Positions 51,096-61,853 of a stretch of DNA of 64,000 nt are shown here, piece by piece (position 1 is the stretch's first letter; each line of letters opens with the position of its first letter). Location of the stretch: assembly GCA_965233865.1 (NCBI GenBank), contig OZ247587.1, positions 800,001 through 864,000 of the forward strand, written 5' to 3'. The notes below the pieces were generated by a model. That model saw only the letters and a list, made by a program, of their open reading frames with translations. It was not told the DNA's origin and did not search any database. Source of the DNA: Candidatus Neptunichlamydia sp. GTDB taxonomy: Bacteria > Chlamydiota > Chlamydiia > Chlamydiales > Simkaniaceae. Both the position numbers and the translations under genes were made by a program.

Positions 51096-52775
51096 ATGAC
51101 TAAGCCGTTACCTAAAGAAATAGAAACGAAAACACAAGAATGGCTTTCGGAAGCCTTCGATAAAGAAACCCAACAAGAGGTCCAAAAGCTTTTAGAAGGA
51201 AATTCAGCGGCTGTTATTGATGCATTCTATACAATGGTTGCCTTTGGGACTGGAGGAATGCGCAGTGTGATGGGAGTTGGAACCAATCGAGTAAACCGAT
51301 ATACCATTCGATTTGCCACGCAAGGTCTTGCCAACTACATCTTGAATCAAGAAACCCCTTATCCAAAAGTGTTTATTGGGTATGATTCGCGGCATTATTC
51401 TCGGGAATTCGCAAAAGAAACAGCACGGGTCCTTGCAGGGAATAAGATTAAGGTTTTCATTGCAAAAGACCTCCGCCCTACTCCTTTTGTTTCCTTTGGC
51501 TGTCGCCGTCATGAGTGCACCGCTGCGGTGATGATCACAGCTTCCCATAATCCACCGGAGTACAACGGTTATAAGGTGTATTGGAGCGATGGAGCACAGG
51601 TTGTCCCTCCCCATGATGCAGGAATCATGGCTGAGGTAGAAAAAATCACCCACCCAAATTCAGTGAAACTAGCTTCCTTTGAAGATGACTTGATTCACAA
51701 GGTTGGAAAAGAGGATGATGAAGCCTATTTTGAAGCATTAACCCCTCTTCAAAATTATCCCGAAACCAATCAAAAAGAAGGAAACTCCCTTCATATTATC
51801 TACTCCCCTCTGCATGGCTGTGGTAGTACGACCCTTCCAGAAGCGCTCAAAAGGTGGGGATTTACAAACCTCTCCTTTGTTGAAGCACAAAAATTTCCCG
51901 ATGGAAACTTTCCTGCTGCTCATTCTCCAAACCCTGAGCAAAAAGAAACCCTGCAGCTCGGAATCGACCAACTTCTAGCTGAAAAAGGTGATGTATTTAT
52001 TGCAACCGATCCCGATGCAGACCGGATGGGAGTTGTCGTTTACCATCAAGAGAAAAGTGTCATCCTCAATGGAAACCAAATCGCCGCCCTATTCCTCTAT
52101 TACCTTTGCAACACCAAGTGTCTTCCAGAAAATAGTGCAGCTGTTACGACCATTGTCACAACAGAGCTCTTTCGCCTCATTGCCGAGTCCTACAATGTAA
52201 CCCCCTTTGAAGTCCTCACAGGCTTTAAGTATATCGGAGAGAAGATCCATGAGTGGGAACAAAACCACGACCATTCTTTCCTCTTTGGAGCTGAAGAGTC
52301 CCTAGGATTTCTTTATGGAACCCATTCCCGTGATAAGGATGCGACCATCTCAGCCTGCCTCTTTGCAGAAATGGCTCTCCAGCTCAAAAAAAAGGGGAAG
52401 ACTCTGGTCGATCTCTTAAATGAAATCTACAAGAAATACGGTCCCTTTTTAGAAAGCCAACTTTCTATTCCTTTTGGAGGGGGGAAAAAAGGAATGGAAA
52501 AGATGAACACTGTTATGGGAGCTCTCAGAAAATCACCTCCTAACAAAATCAATAAACAAAAAGTGATTGAGGTGACAGATTATCTATTAGATCAGACCAC
52601 ACTTCCAAAATCCGATGTCTTGCTTTTTCGGGTTGACGACCACAGCAAGTTTGTCATCCGCCCCTCTGGAACAGAGCCAAAAATCAAAATCTATGGCTTT
52701 GCCCGCCATAATGAAAAAGGGAAGCTTGATACTTCCCTTGAGTCGTTAAAAAATTTTCTTCTAAAAACTATTTAA
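51096..52775 (+). CDS. Phosphoglucomutase/phosphomannomutase
   Basis: FGTGGMR, TASHNP, DPDADR, GAEES, RPSGTEPKIK; likely start MTKPLP at 51096. Confidence 0.93.
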   Translation: MTKPLPKEIETKTQEWLSEAFDKETQQEVQKLLEGNSAAVIDAFYTMVAFGTGGMRSVMGVGTNRVNRYTIRFATQGLANYILNQETPYPKVFIGYDSRHYSREFAKETARVLAGNKIKVFIAKDLRPTPFVSFGCRRHECTAAVMITASHNPPEYNGYKVYWSDGAQVVPPHDAGIMAEVEKITHPNSVKLASFEDDLIHKVGKEDDEAYFEALTPLQNYPETNQKEGNSLHIIYSPLHGCGSTTLPEALKRWGFTNLSFVEAQKFPDGNFPAAHSPNPEQKETLQLGIDQLLAEKGDVFIATDPDADRMGVVVYHQEKSVILNGNQIAALFLYYLCNTKCLPENSAAVTTIVTTELFRLIAESYNVTPFEVLTGFKYIGEKIHEWEQNHDHSFLFGAEESLGFLYGTHSRDKDATISACLFAEMALQLKKKGKTLVDLLNEIYKKYGPFLESQLSIPFGGGKKGMEKMNTVMGALRKSPPNKINKQKVIEVTDYLLDQTTLPKSDVLLFRVDDHSKFVIRPSGTEPKIKIYGFARHNEKGKLDTSLESLKNFLLKTI

Positions 52776-53679
52776 TTCGAGCTGTGCGCACTACCTCTAC
52801 ATAAGCAGAAGAACTAGGACCCTTTCCAGGATAAATAATGACCTCCTGCCTGACTCTATAAGATCTCACACGCTTATTTCCCATAATCGTGCCAAAATTC
52901 TCATCTGCTTCCACAACAAATCTTAAAGCTCCTTCTCCCTGATTAGGCAATAGAATAAGTGTAGTCCCTTCTTCTTGGTTAAACATCCCAATTCCATGCT
53001 TCATCCCAAGCTCTAGTTCAATACCTATCTCGGACTGTTCCTTAGGATCAAAATAGTTTTGCATCATGACTTGAAAGGTTGAAACAGGATTTGAAATGGT
53101 TAATCCATCAAATGCCTCTGCCACTTCCATTCCAGCACATCCTGCAATAAGCTCAAGAGAGTTCAGGGAGTTTCCTCTAAAATCAAAGGGTTTTCCGTCG
53201 GGGCCAGTTACATCATAACCATAAAACCCACTTTCCACCTTTTCTTTAACTTCTCTTTGAACAGAGATTTCTGTTCCTTCAACCTGCCTTAAACCAAGAG
53301 TCGTCGTAATTTTGTGAGCAATTTGTGGCTTATCAAAGCTATGGTCTTTCCGCGGTTCATCCTCGCTCCCTACACTAAATGAAAACACCTTTCTAGTAAG
53401 AATTTCTCTATCAAGAGCTGATATTTCTGCATTTATCTTTGGTTCAGGAAGCGTCGCTCTTGAAGCGCCTCCCTCCATTAGAGGACTCTTTTCGTCCACT
53501 ACTGAGTTTTTACAACAACTAAATAAGCTGCTAACCCATTTAAAAAAATTGGTTGCGACTTGAATGAGTGCATTAAAACATCCTCCTTGCCCAACAAATT
53601 CTCCATCCTGAATAATAACGGAAGGATTATGTACCCCGCCGCCATATACTTTTACTCCACTAAATTCCATTTCAAACAA
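52768..53679 (-). CDS. Hypothetical protein (possible secreted effector)
   Basis: 303-aa ORF with GGAGG RBS and AT-rich upstream region; no family recognised. Confidence 0.6.
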   Translation of the reverse strand: MFEMEFSGVKVYGGGVHNPSVIIQDGEFVGQGGCFNALIQVATNFFKWVSSLFSCCKNSVVDEKSPLMEGGASRATLPEPKINAEISALDREILTRKVFSFSVGSEDEPRKDHSFDKPQIAHKITTTLGLRQVEGTEISVQREVKEKVESGFYGYDVTGPDGKPFDFRGNSLNSLELIAGCAGMEVAEAFDGLTISNPVSTFQVMMQNYFDPKEQSEIGIELELGMKHGIGMFNQEEGTTLILLPNQGEGALRFVVEADENFGTIMGNKRVRSYRVRQEVIIYPGKGPSSSAYVEVVRTARIK

Positions 53680-53772
53680 CCTCCGGCAGATTCACCATTT
53701 CCCTGAGCTCTCTCTCGGTGGCTGGCCGCTCCGGAGTTAACTCATCTATTGAAATATTTAAATTATTCACAA

Positions 53773-53820
53773 TTAATACATTTAATACATTTAATACATT
53801 TAATACATTTAATACATTTA
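53773..53820. repeat. 9-bp tandem repeat (TTAATACAT) x5
   Basis: Read directly in the intergenic region. Confidence 0.9.
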
Positions 53821-53935
53821 GTCATGTTTTTAATCATTTGCATAATTATTATAACATATTTTTTCATATAAATAATAAAACACTTGATTAAAATAAATTA
53901 TAGCAACTGTACTAAAACATAAGGAATTGAATTTA

Positions 53936-56050
53936 TCAGACTTGTCGTGCTGGATAACGAATACGAAGATGGCGAGCAACTGCTAAGTTCTTGATCATAG
54001 TACGTTTAACAGTTTGAAACTCTTCAAAGGTGAGCTGGCACTCATCAAATTGCCCATCCTCCTGCTTCTCGCCGATAAGGCGATTGACAAGCTCAGCAAT
54101 AGTATCCTCATTGACCTCCTCAAGAGAGCGAGAAGCAGCCTCAACAGTATCAGCCATCATAATGATAGCAGATTCCTTGGTACGAGGCCTAGGACCCGGG
54201 TAGCGGAACTGAGTCTTATCAACGGCCTCGGTATTCCCTCCCATCTGCTCGACCTGCTTGCAATAGAAGTAGTAGACCAGAGTATTCCCATGATGTTCAC
54301 GAATAACATCTATAAAAGATTGAGGGATCCCATGCTTGCGACCGAGGGCTTCGCCTTCAATAACATGAGCAATGATCACTTGAGCAGACTCTTGGGGAGT
54401 CAGGAGTTGATGAATATTAAATCCACCCATTTGATTCTCGGTAAAATAATGGGGGTTAAAAAGTTTTCCAATATCATGATAAAGGGTTGAGACCCGACAA
54501 AACAGACCATTAGCTCCGATGGATTGAGCCGCAGCTTCTGAGATACTCCCAACAACAAGGCAATGTTGATAAGTTCCCGGAGCCTCCACGCTCAAGCGAC
54601 GCAAAAGATCGTTATTGGGATCCATATATTCCATTAGAGTGATATCGGTCATGACATGAAAGATCGATTCTAATATTGGGAGAAGTCCCACCACTAAAAT
54701 TGAGGTCAGTATTAAGAAAGCAAATGTACTGACGAGATCGGAAACAATATACATATTCCAGAACATGTCCTGGGCAAAATTGTATACAAAAAAGATGGGG
54801 ATACAACTGAGCCATACCTTTCCACATACAATAAAGACTTCCTTCCGTTTCCTCAGGTTCCGTGAAGCTTGGATTGCAATAACCCCTGTAATGAGATTAA
54901 TAGCAATGAAGCGACTATGATCAACAGCAAGAGAAAGCCCGAGGATCACTGTCAAAAAACAGGTAGAGAAAAGAGCAATTTCAGCATTAAGAAGCACACA
55001 GATCAATATAGCTGTAAAAGGAACAAATAGAGGATACCGAACCACATCTAATAGGCTACTCATATCACGCAAAAGAAAGTAATCGGTCATCTTTGCCACG
55101 ATTAGAGTCAGGATAATAATCGTCGCATAAAGGAATAGTTTGTGAATGTTTCGCACAAGATTCTGATGGCTATGCCGAAAATAGTATCCTCCGATAAGGA
55201 CGATAATCGTGGCAAACATCAGGCTACTGATTAAAGGAAGAGGCTCCCATATTTTTTGGTTTTCAGCAATTGCTTTTTTCATCGCCTGTAGCATCGCCAC
55301 TTGTCTCTGAGAAACTTGTTCTCCCTGATCGACAATTCGATCCCCCGCTTTGATCTGACTCATCCGTTCAGGAACTGTCGCTTCAACAAGGCGCCTAAGA
55401 GAACGTTGAGCTGCTGTATCTTTATCAAAAATCCAATCGATCCCTTGAAAATAACTGAGAATATAAGTGATCTCAGGTCCTTGATGCTTATGATTTACAA
55501 GTTTTCTTTGGAGCCCTTCCCAAAATCCTTCTGGGAGCATTGCAGAATTTCCATCAAAGGAGGAAGAGAGAGGGTAATACTCTAGGGTTAATAGATTAAG
55601 TGATTTTAAGCGATTGAGCGTTCTGACATCGGTAAACCGGAGGCTTTGTAGCGTGTTTTTCACCTCATTGGCCTCTTGATAGAGGTCCTCAAAAGTTGTT
55701 TTAGGAAGGAGGCTTCTCCACCGTTGATCATGAATGAGGAAATTCTCAAACTGATACCTCCTCTTTTCAATGGCTTTTGGATCAATCCGATAAATAGGAC
55801 CAATATCGCGCGCTGACTCTTGCCGCAAAATAACCGTTCCCTCTTCATCAGGAAACTCGAAATTTACTTGGGCAACAATATAATTTTTTGCATTGGAATC
55901 CAGTTCAAGCATATCTACACGCACTTCTTTGAAGTGTATGAATACCGCTAAACAGAGAAGAACAACCATCCCGATGAGGAGGCGTTTTCCTAAGTTACCT
56001 TCTTTTAAGTAGCGTTGCCACTTAGGTTTTTCTTTTGATTCCTCAACCAT
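53936..56050 (-). CDS. 7TM-HD (HDIG) phosphohydrolase, PgpH-like c-di-AMP phosphodiesterase family
   Basis: APGTYQH, YHDIGK, YFTENQ, EHHG, FRYPGPRP, MADTVEAASR; multi-TM region. Confidence 0.88.
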   Translation of the reverse strand: MVEESKEKPKWQRYLKEGNLGKRLLIGMVVLLCLAVFIHFKEVRVDMLELDSNAKNYIVAQVNFEFPDEEGTVILRQESARDIGPIYRIDPKAIEKRRYQFENFLIHDQRWRSLLPKTTFEDLYQEANEVKNTLQSLRFTDVRTLNRLKSLNLLTLEYYPLSSSFDGNSAMLPEGFWEGLQRKLVNHKHQGPEITYILSYFQGIDWIFDKDTAAQRSLRRLVEATVPERMSQIKAGDRIVDQGEQVSQRQVAMLQAMKKAIAENQKIWEPLPLISSLMFATIIVLIGGYYFRHSHQNLVRNIHKLFLYATIIILTLIVAKMTDYFLLRDMSSLLDVVRYPLFVPFTAILICVLLNAEIALFSTCFLTVILGLSLAVDHSRFIAINLITGVIAIQASRNLRKRKEVFIVCGKVWLSCIPIFFVYNFAQDMFWNMYIVSDLVSTFAFLILTSILVVGLLPILESIFHVMTDITLMEYMDPNNDLLRRLSVEAPGTYQHCLVVGSISEAAAQSIGANGLFCRVSTLYHDIGKLFNPHYFTENQMGGFNIHQLLTPQESAQVIIAHVIEGEALGRKHGIPQSFIDVIREHHGNTLVYYFYCKQVEQMGGNTEAVDKTQFRYPGPRPRTKESAIIMMADTVEAASRSLEEVNEDTIAELVNRLIGEKQEDGQFDECQLTFEEFQTVKRTMIKNLAVARHLRIRYPARQV

Positions 56051-56123
56051 ATGTTCTAACTTCAGCCTACCACACTTGCTTTTTAACCACCAGCGCAGCA
56101 AAATCATGCCAAGAGGTTACAAC

Positions 56124-57509
56124 ATGTCATCATATCAAGTCATTGCAAAAAAGTTTCGTCCTCAAAAATTCTCTGAAGTTTTCGAGCAAGAAGCGACTGT
56201 ACAAACTATAAAAAATGCGATCCGCTTACAAAAAGTCGGACACGCCTATCTCTTTTGTGGCACTAGAGGCACTGGGAAAACAACCCTAGCCCGCCTCTTT
56301 GCAAAGGCTATGAATTGTGAAAATCTAACTCTTGAAAATGAGCCCTGTAACACCTGCCCCTCCTGCAAAGAAATCACCACTGGACACTCACTTGATGTCA
56401 TTGAAATCGATGGTGCCTCCAACCGAGGAATCGATGATATCCGCAATCTAAATGAAACCGTGGGTTATGCCGCAGCAAATGGCCGCTACAAAATTTATAT
56501 TATCGATGAAGTACATATGCTCACCAAAGAAGCTTTCAATGCCCTTCTGAAAACCCTTGAAGAACCCCCTTCCCATGTAATCTTCTTCTTTGCCACTACA
56601 GAGCCCCACAAAATACTCCCCACTATTCTTAGTCGATGTCAACGGTTCGATCTCCGCCGCATTACCCCCGAAAAAATCTACTCTAAGCTCTCTTTAATCG
56701 TTAAACAGCTTGAGACTATCGTTGAACCCGGTGCCCTAAATCTCATTGCCTCCCATGCTGAAGGGTCCTTGCGCGATGCAGAATCCCTTTTAGATCAACT
56801 CCTTTGCTACGAAGAGCCCCCCATCACTCTTGAACATGCAGTTAAAAACCTAGGCATCGTTTCAACAGATCTCTTTTTCAAACTAGACAAAGCGGTCAAA
56901 CATCGAGATTTTGGCGCAGCCTTTTCCCTTAGCGAAACAATCTACCAAACAGGGTGTCACCTCCAGCATTTTTTAGAAAGTCTCACTAACCATTTCCGCA
57001 CAATCGCTCTGACACAAATGGGCGACAAGCCTCTCCACGCAGAATATATTGCGTCAGCAAAATCCTATACCAAACACCACATCTTGGAAATTCTTGACTA
57101 TCTCATCGATGCTTTAGAAAAGGCCCAGCGCACTCCTTTTAAACGTATCCATCTTGAAATTACCCTTCTCCATATCATCCGAAAAAGCCAAAAGATTCCC
57201 CTAGAATCGCTCGTCGAACGCTTAGAAAACCTTAAAAACCAAGCCCCCACCCCTGCATTAAGGGAAACTCCTCCTCCGAAACTAATTCCAGAACCTGTCA
57301 AAGACGAGCCTCTGCCACCTAAGCCCACTGAAGAAAAGGCCCCACTTCCTCTAGTTCAAGAAACATCGCCAGCTGCGGCCACCTCGATTACCCTACCATC
57401 ACCAGCTGCTCCTGCAGATCCACAGACTAATATTAAACAAAAGATTAAACACGAACAAGTCATGCGCTTTGCCAGCATCGAGCTCAACGGTTCTCTCAAG
57501 CCAATATAG
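56124..57509 (+). CDS. dnaX: DNA polymerase III subunit gamma/tau
   Basis: KFRPQKF, GTRGTGKT, EIDGASNRG, IIDEVHML, SRCQ. Confidence 0.96.
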   Translation: MSSYQVIAKKFRPQKFSEVFEQEATVQTIKNAIRLQKVGHAYLFCGTRGTGKTTLARLFAKAMNCENLTLENEPCNTCPSCKEITTGHSLDVIEIDGASNRGIDDIRNLNETVGYAAANGRYKIYIIDEVHMLTKEAFNALLKTLEEPPSHVIFFFATTEPHKILPTILSRCQRFDLRRITPEKIYSKLSLIVKQLETIVEPGALNLIASHAEGSLRDAESLLDQLLCYEEPPITLEHAVKNLGIVSTDLFFKLDKAVKHRDFGAAFSLSETIYQTGCHLQHFLESLTNHFRTIALTQMGDKPLHAEYIASAKSYTKHHILEILDYLIDALEKAQRTPFKRIHLEITLLHIIRKSQKIPLESLVERLENLKNQAPTPALRETPPPKLIPEPVKDEPLPPKPTEEKAPLPLVQETSPAAATSITLPSPAAPADPQTNIKQKIKHEQVMRFASIELNGSLKPI

Positions 57510-57605
57510 TGTTTTAACTTTATCAAGGTAAAGCACTATAAGATTGAATCGAAGACCTTTTTCTGGTATATTTCCGGTAAATTAACAATTACTTGAGGTG
57601 TTCTG

Positions 57606-57920
57606 ATGGGCAGTGGTTTTTCAAAAATGAAAAAGCAAGCAAAACAATTTCAAGACCAACTTGCTCAAATGCAAGAAGATATGAAGAAACTTGAAGTCAC
57701 AGGCACTGCGGGAAACGGTCTTGTTGAAGTCACTATTTCTGGAGAGAAAGAGTTTAAAAAACTTTCTATCAATCCTGAATGCGTCGACCCTGAAGATGTT
57801 GAAGGTCTTCAAGATCTCATCATCGTTGCCTTCAATGATGCTGTCAAAAAAATTGAAGAGAACTCTCCAGAAAACGGAATGGAAGGACTCGGAATGGGAA
57901 ACCTCCCATTCGGATTTTAA
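57606..57920 (+). CDS. ybaB: YbaB/EbfC nucleoid-associated protein
   Basis: GTAGNGLVEV, DPEDVEGLQDL; follows dnaX. Confidence 0.92.
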   Translation: MGSGFSKMKKQAKQFQDQLAQMQEDMKKLEVTGTAGNGLVEVTISGEKEFKKLSINPECVDPEDVEGLQDLIIVAFNDAVKKIEENSPENGMEGLGMGNLPFGF

Positions 57921-58034
57921 AGGTTAGTACTCCAAATTTCAAAGAAAAGTATAGACTAAAATGAGGTCTTGCACGATTCCGAATATTGTGTAACAGGTTT
58001 AAACTAGAACATGTTCCTAAATTTTTCTGATTGA

Positions 58035-59804
58035 TTACGAACAGACTCCATCATCTGTTAGCATTGAACCAAAAGTCTCTTTGAGAACCATTTCGATCAC
58101 ATCAGCGTTTTCAAGACGTAGAATCTCTTCGGTAACTTTTTCAACTTTCGGAAGCGTGAGCTTTGTCACCATTTTTCTGAGTCTAGGAATAAATCGGGAA
58201 GCACACGATAGCTGTCTCACACCTAACCCGAGTAGGAGCGGGGCCATTAAAGGATCTGAAGCCATCTCACCGCAAAGACTCACAGGAATATTAGCCCTAT
58301 CAGCCTCTTTAATGACTCTCTTGATCATTCGAAGAATGCTCGGATGAGAGGACTTATAAAAAGGATGCATCTCTTGAGTTGCTCGATCCGCAGCGAGTGT
58401 ATACTGGATAAGGTCATTTGTTCCGATAGAGAGAAAGTCGCACTCCCGGGCAATGTGATCACACATTAACACTGCTGAGGGGACTTCGATCATGCAGCCA
58501 ATAGGAATTTCCTCTGCAATTTCATGTCCTTCTGAGCGAAGCTCAAGAGCAGCTTCTTGAATCAGCTCTTTTGCTTGGAGAAGCTCTCCCACATCAGAAA
58601 TCATGGGAAGAAGAATACGGAGATCCCCGTCAGGACTCACCCGAAGAAGAGCTCTGAGTTGATGGACAAAAATTTCTTTGTTTCGAAGAAGGAACCGAAT
58701 GCCTCGACATCCGAGAGCCGGGTTGGGTTCAGCATCATATTGATTCACATTTCCCTTATCCCCTCCAACATCAAAAGTACGGAAAATCACAGGCATTCCC
58801 CGCACTTTATTCATGACCTTTTGGTAGAGAATAAACTGATCTTCTTCCGCAAAGTTCTGGAGCTCTTTTCCGAAAAAAAGAAACTCTGAGCGAAAAAGTC
58901 CGACCCCTTCGGCATTATAAGGGATGAGAAGATCGAGATCTGAAAGGTTCTCAATATTCGCAAGTAAGTCTATCTTGACTCCGTCTTTAGTAACGGTTCC
59001 TTCGGTCCCTTCGTCAATGTCCAAACCTTTTTTTTGAAGGTTATCTTCGAAAGTTTTTTGATACGTCCCTAGAGTTATTTCATTTGGATTCACAATAACA
59101 ATTCCAGTCTTTCCATCAATGATCACATCAGCTCCCTTATAAGGATAGAGGGTATCTGTAGAAATATTTGCAACATAAGGGGTTCCCTTAGATTTAGCAA
59201 TCAGTGCAGCATGAGAGGTCGTTCCTCCTATCTCTGTAATGAATCCTTTGACCTGCCCTTTTGAAGCTTCAGCTGTACTCGACGGAATGAGTTCTTTGGT
59301 AAAGATCACTGAGTTTTCAGGAATTTCCTCTGTCAGCAATGTTTTGCGGGGGTGAAGATTTCGAAGAATGCGTTGGGATAGATCTTTAACATCAAGTAAG
59401 CGTTGTTTAAAAAAGCTATCTTTGATCTTGGAAAACTCTTTTTCATAATCAATCATGACTGAACGAAACACCGTCTCGGTATTCTTCATACGCTGACGGA
59501 TTTTCTTTTCCATAAACGTTGTCATGAATGGATCTTCAAGCATTTGAATATGGGTATCAATGATAGACACTGCTTCAGTAGAGCCTTCCTTCGCTAAAAA
59601 ACATTGTAAATCATGGAGGTCTTCTCGGCTCGATAGAACAGCACGCCGATAGCGTCCAATTTCTTTTTCAACTTCGGTCGTTGGAATAGAAAATTCAGGA
59701 ACAATTTCCTCTAACAAAGCCTCTAGAAAAAATAGCTTTCCAATTGCAATCCCTCCACTGATAGGAACTCCATTAAGAATCATCTCTTCTAAGAGATCGG
59801 ACAT
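58035..59804 (-). CDS. ptsI: PTS enzyme I
   Basis: TSHAAL, GVGLFRSE, EPNPALGCRGIR, SIGTNDL, CGEMA. Confidence 0.96.
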   Translation of the reverse strand: MSDLLEEMILNGVPISGGIAIGKLFFLEALLEEIVPEFSIPTTEVEKEIGRYRRAVLSSREDLHDLQCFLAKEGSTEAVSIIDTHIQMLEDPFMTTFMEKKIRQRMKNTETVFRSVMIDYEKEFSKIKDSFFKQRLLDVKDLSQRILRNLHPRKTLLTEEIPENSVIFTKELIPSSTAEASKGQVKGFITEIGGTTSHAALIAKSKGTPYVANISTDTLYPYKGADVIIDGKTGIVIVNPNEITLGTYQKTFEDNLQKKGLDIDEGTEGTVTKDGVKIDLLANIENLSDLDLLIPYNAEGVGLFRSEFLFFGKELQNFAEEDQFILYQKVMNKVRGMPVIFRTFDVGGDKGNVNQYDAEPNPALGCRGIRFLLRNKEIFVHQLRALLRVSPDGDLRILLPMISDVGELLQAKELIQEAALELRSEGHEIAEEIPIGCMIEVPSAVLMCDHIARECDFLSIGTNDLIQYTLAADRATQEMHPFYKSSHPSILRMIKRVIKEADRANIPVSLCGEMASDPLMAPLLLGLGVRQLSCASRFIPRLRKMVTKLTLPKVEKVTEEILRLENADVIEMVLKETFGSMLTDDGVCS

Positions 59805-60083
59805 CTACCCATCCTCTCCGAATTTTTTAGTAAATGCGGACAGAAGTTCTTCAAGGGTTAAGCGCGCACCGCTTCCTTCAACCTCTATTTTTAGTTGTGC
59901 ATTTTTGGGTGCTGCTAGAATCATTATACTCATAATGCTACGAGCATTGACCGACTGCCCCTTATAAGTCAACGTAACTTTCGCCTTGCTTTTTTGCAAA
60001 ATTTTTGCAATCTGAGTTGCCGGACGCACATGAAGGCCCAGCTTGTTTCTCACTTTTGTAGTCGCTTCAACTTTCTCTTCCAA
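59805..60083 (-). CDS. ptsH: Phosphocarrier HPr
   Basis: NKLGLHVRPA, NARSIM. Confidence 0.95.
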   Translation of the reverse strand: MEEKVEATTKVRNKLGLHVRPATQIAKILQKSKAKVTLTYKGQSVNARSIMSIMILAAPKNAQLKIEVEGSGARLTLEELLSAFTKKFGEDG

Positions 60084-61017
60084 TGTGTCTTTTTCTCGCT
60101 ATTTCTTCTAAAAGTTTTTGATTAAATTCTTTTGCTGAATGGTACCCCATCTCTTTGAGGCGGTGATTTAAGACTGTCGTTTCTATAAGCAAAACAATAT
60201 CTCTCCCCGGTTTAACGGGGTGAAGATAGAGAGGAATTTTGATACCCAAAAATTCCGTAAAACGCTCCTCAAGTCCCACTCGATCATAGTAGTGAGTTGC
60301 ATCCCAATCTTCTAAGTGAATGACCATATCAACAGGAACTTCACTCCTTACAGATACCGCTCCAAAAAGATGTGCAACATTAACAATTCCAATTCCTCTC
60401 AGCTCCAATAAATACTTATTAAGATCTGGGCCAGACCCAATAAGACGTTTTTCTTCCTTTCCTTTTAAAAGGACAACATCATCCGATATTAGTCGGTGAC
60501 CCCGTTCAATAAGCCCTAATGCCGCTTCACTCTTCCCGACTGAAGAATCTCCTCGGATAAGAACTCCAATTCCATAAGCTTCAATAAGAGTTCCATGAAC
60601 ACTCTCAATCGGAGAAAAAGCACCGGACAATATCACAGTAAGTTTTGATATCAGTGTCATTGATCGAAGGGGCGATCGAAAGAGAGGAATCCCTATCTGC
60701 TGGCAATGTTTCACTAAATCGCGAGGAGGCGTCAGCCCTCTTGAGACAACGACAGCTGGATTCGAAGAAGTGATCACTTGATGTAGGCGCTCCACTCGAA
60801 CTTTGGGGCTTAAGTCTCTGAGATAGGAAAGCTCCATCCTCCCAAAGATTAGAATGCGGTTATCCTTCTTTCTCATGGAATACCCAGCCAAAGAAAGTCC
60901 TGGACGCTGGACATGAGCAACCTTTATTGGATGATCCATCCCTGCTTGAGATTTAGTGGTCTCAAGCTCTAGACTATCACCATATAGGTCATAAAAATTT
61001 TGCACTGTGAGCTTCAT
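60067..61017 (-). CDS. hprK: HPr kinase/phosphorylase
   Basis: RPGLSLAG, GDSSVGKSE, HRLISDD, LELRGIGI. Confidence 0.95.
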   Translation of the reverse strand: MKLTVQNFYDLYGDSLELETTKSQAGMDHPIKVAHVQRPGLSLAGYSMRKKDNRILIFGRMELSYLRDLSPKVRVERLHQVITSSNPAVVVSRGLTPPRDLVKHCQQIGIPLFRSPLRSMTLISKLTVILSGAFSPIESVHGTLIEAYGIGVLIRGDSSVGKSEAALGLIERGHRLISDDVVLLKGKEEKRLIGSGPDLNKYLLELRGIGIVNVAHLFGAVSVRSEVPVDMVIHLEDWDATHYYDRVGLEERFTEFLGIKIPLYLHPVKPGRDIVLLIETTVLNHRLKEMGYHSAKEFNQKLLEEIARKRHIGRES

Positions 61018-61763
61018 CGGACGTCAACGTCCTCCATATAAAACATCAACCATTCAATAAAAGAAGAAAAAGCCAAAAACTCTTGTCCCTTGCCTTTTGT
61101 GCGATAATCAGAGATCGTTCCTTCACTCAAAGAACAGAGGACATTCCCCACTCCCCCATCGGGGTACCAATCTTGATAAAAGCACTGATACACATCTAAC
61201 CCGAAAGAGCGATAAAAGGGAAGAAGAGACGCACTTGAGATCGACTGATTCCCTATCGTTAAAGATTGAGCTAAAGACATAAACCTCTCAGCTTCTTTGA
61301 AAAGCACACCAATAGAAAAAATTCCTGTATCTCTCCCCTTAAAAAAACCGTTGTGGATACGAAAAAATTGGCGAAAATCTTGAGGCAAAGAAAAATCGAT
61401 CCTATGCATAACTCCTTCGACTTCCTGGTCTAGAAGAGGAGGCCCACCTAAAAAGAAGGTTCTACTCTCTTTCATACTGTAGGTCAAAAAAATTTTTCCC
61501 TTTGCTGCTACCATTCCAATCTCATCGATCTTCGCAAAAAACCTGTCGACAAACGCATAAAGTTGTGGGGAATAGGGAAGGGCGTTGACCCAATAGTCTC
61601 TAAGAAATTCCAACCGAACAATGGGAGAAAGATGACAAAGCTCATGCCACCCTTTGGTCAATCGAGGGAACTTCTTGTGAGCCTCCTCCCACGTAAGATC
61701 GGGAGCCTCACTTAAGTAAACAGCTTCTTTATTTTCAAAGTACTTAACAATCTGATCTTGCAT
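61014..61763 (-). CDS. SMI1/KNR4-family protein (conserved chlamydial type)
   Basis: LPQDFRQFFRIHNGF, FSSFIEWL. Confidence 0.75.
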   Translation of the reverse strand: MQDQIVKYFENKEAVYLSEAPDLTWEEAHKKFPRLTKGWHELCHLSPIVRLEFLRDYWVNALPYSPQLYAFVDRFFAKIDEIGMVAAKGKIFLTYSMKESRTFFLGGPPLLDQEVEGVMHRIDFSLPQDFRQFFRIHNGFFKGRDTGIFSIGVLFKEAERFMSLAQSLTIGNQSISSASLLPFYRSFGLDVYQCFYQDWYPDGGVGNVLCSLSEGTISDYRTKGKGQEFLAFSSFIEWLMFYMEDVDVR

Positions 61764-61853
61764 ACACCTGTGCTCTTTTAGCACGACAGTTTAAAAAGGT
61801 TTTACACTTTTTTGCAACGATGATGTACACATATAAATAAGGGGGGTCTCTAT

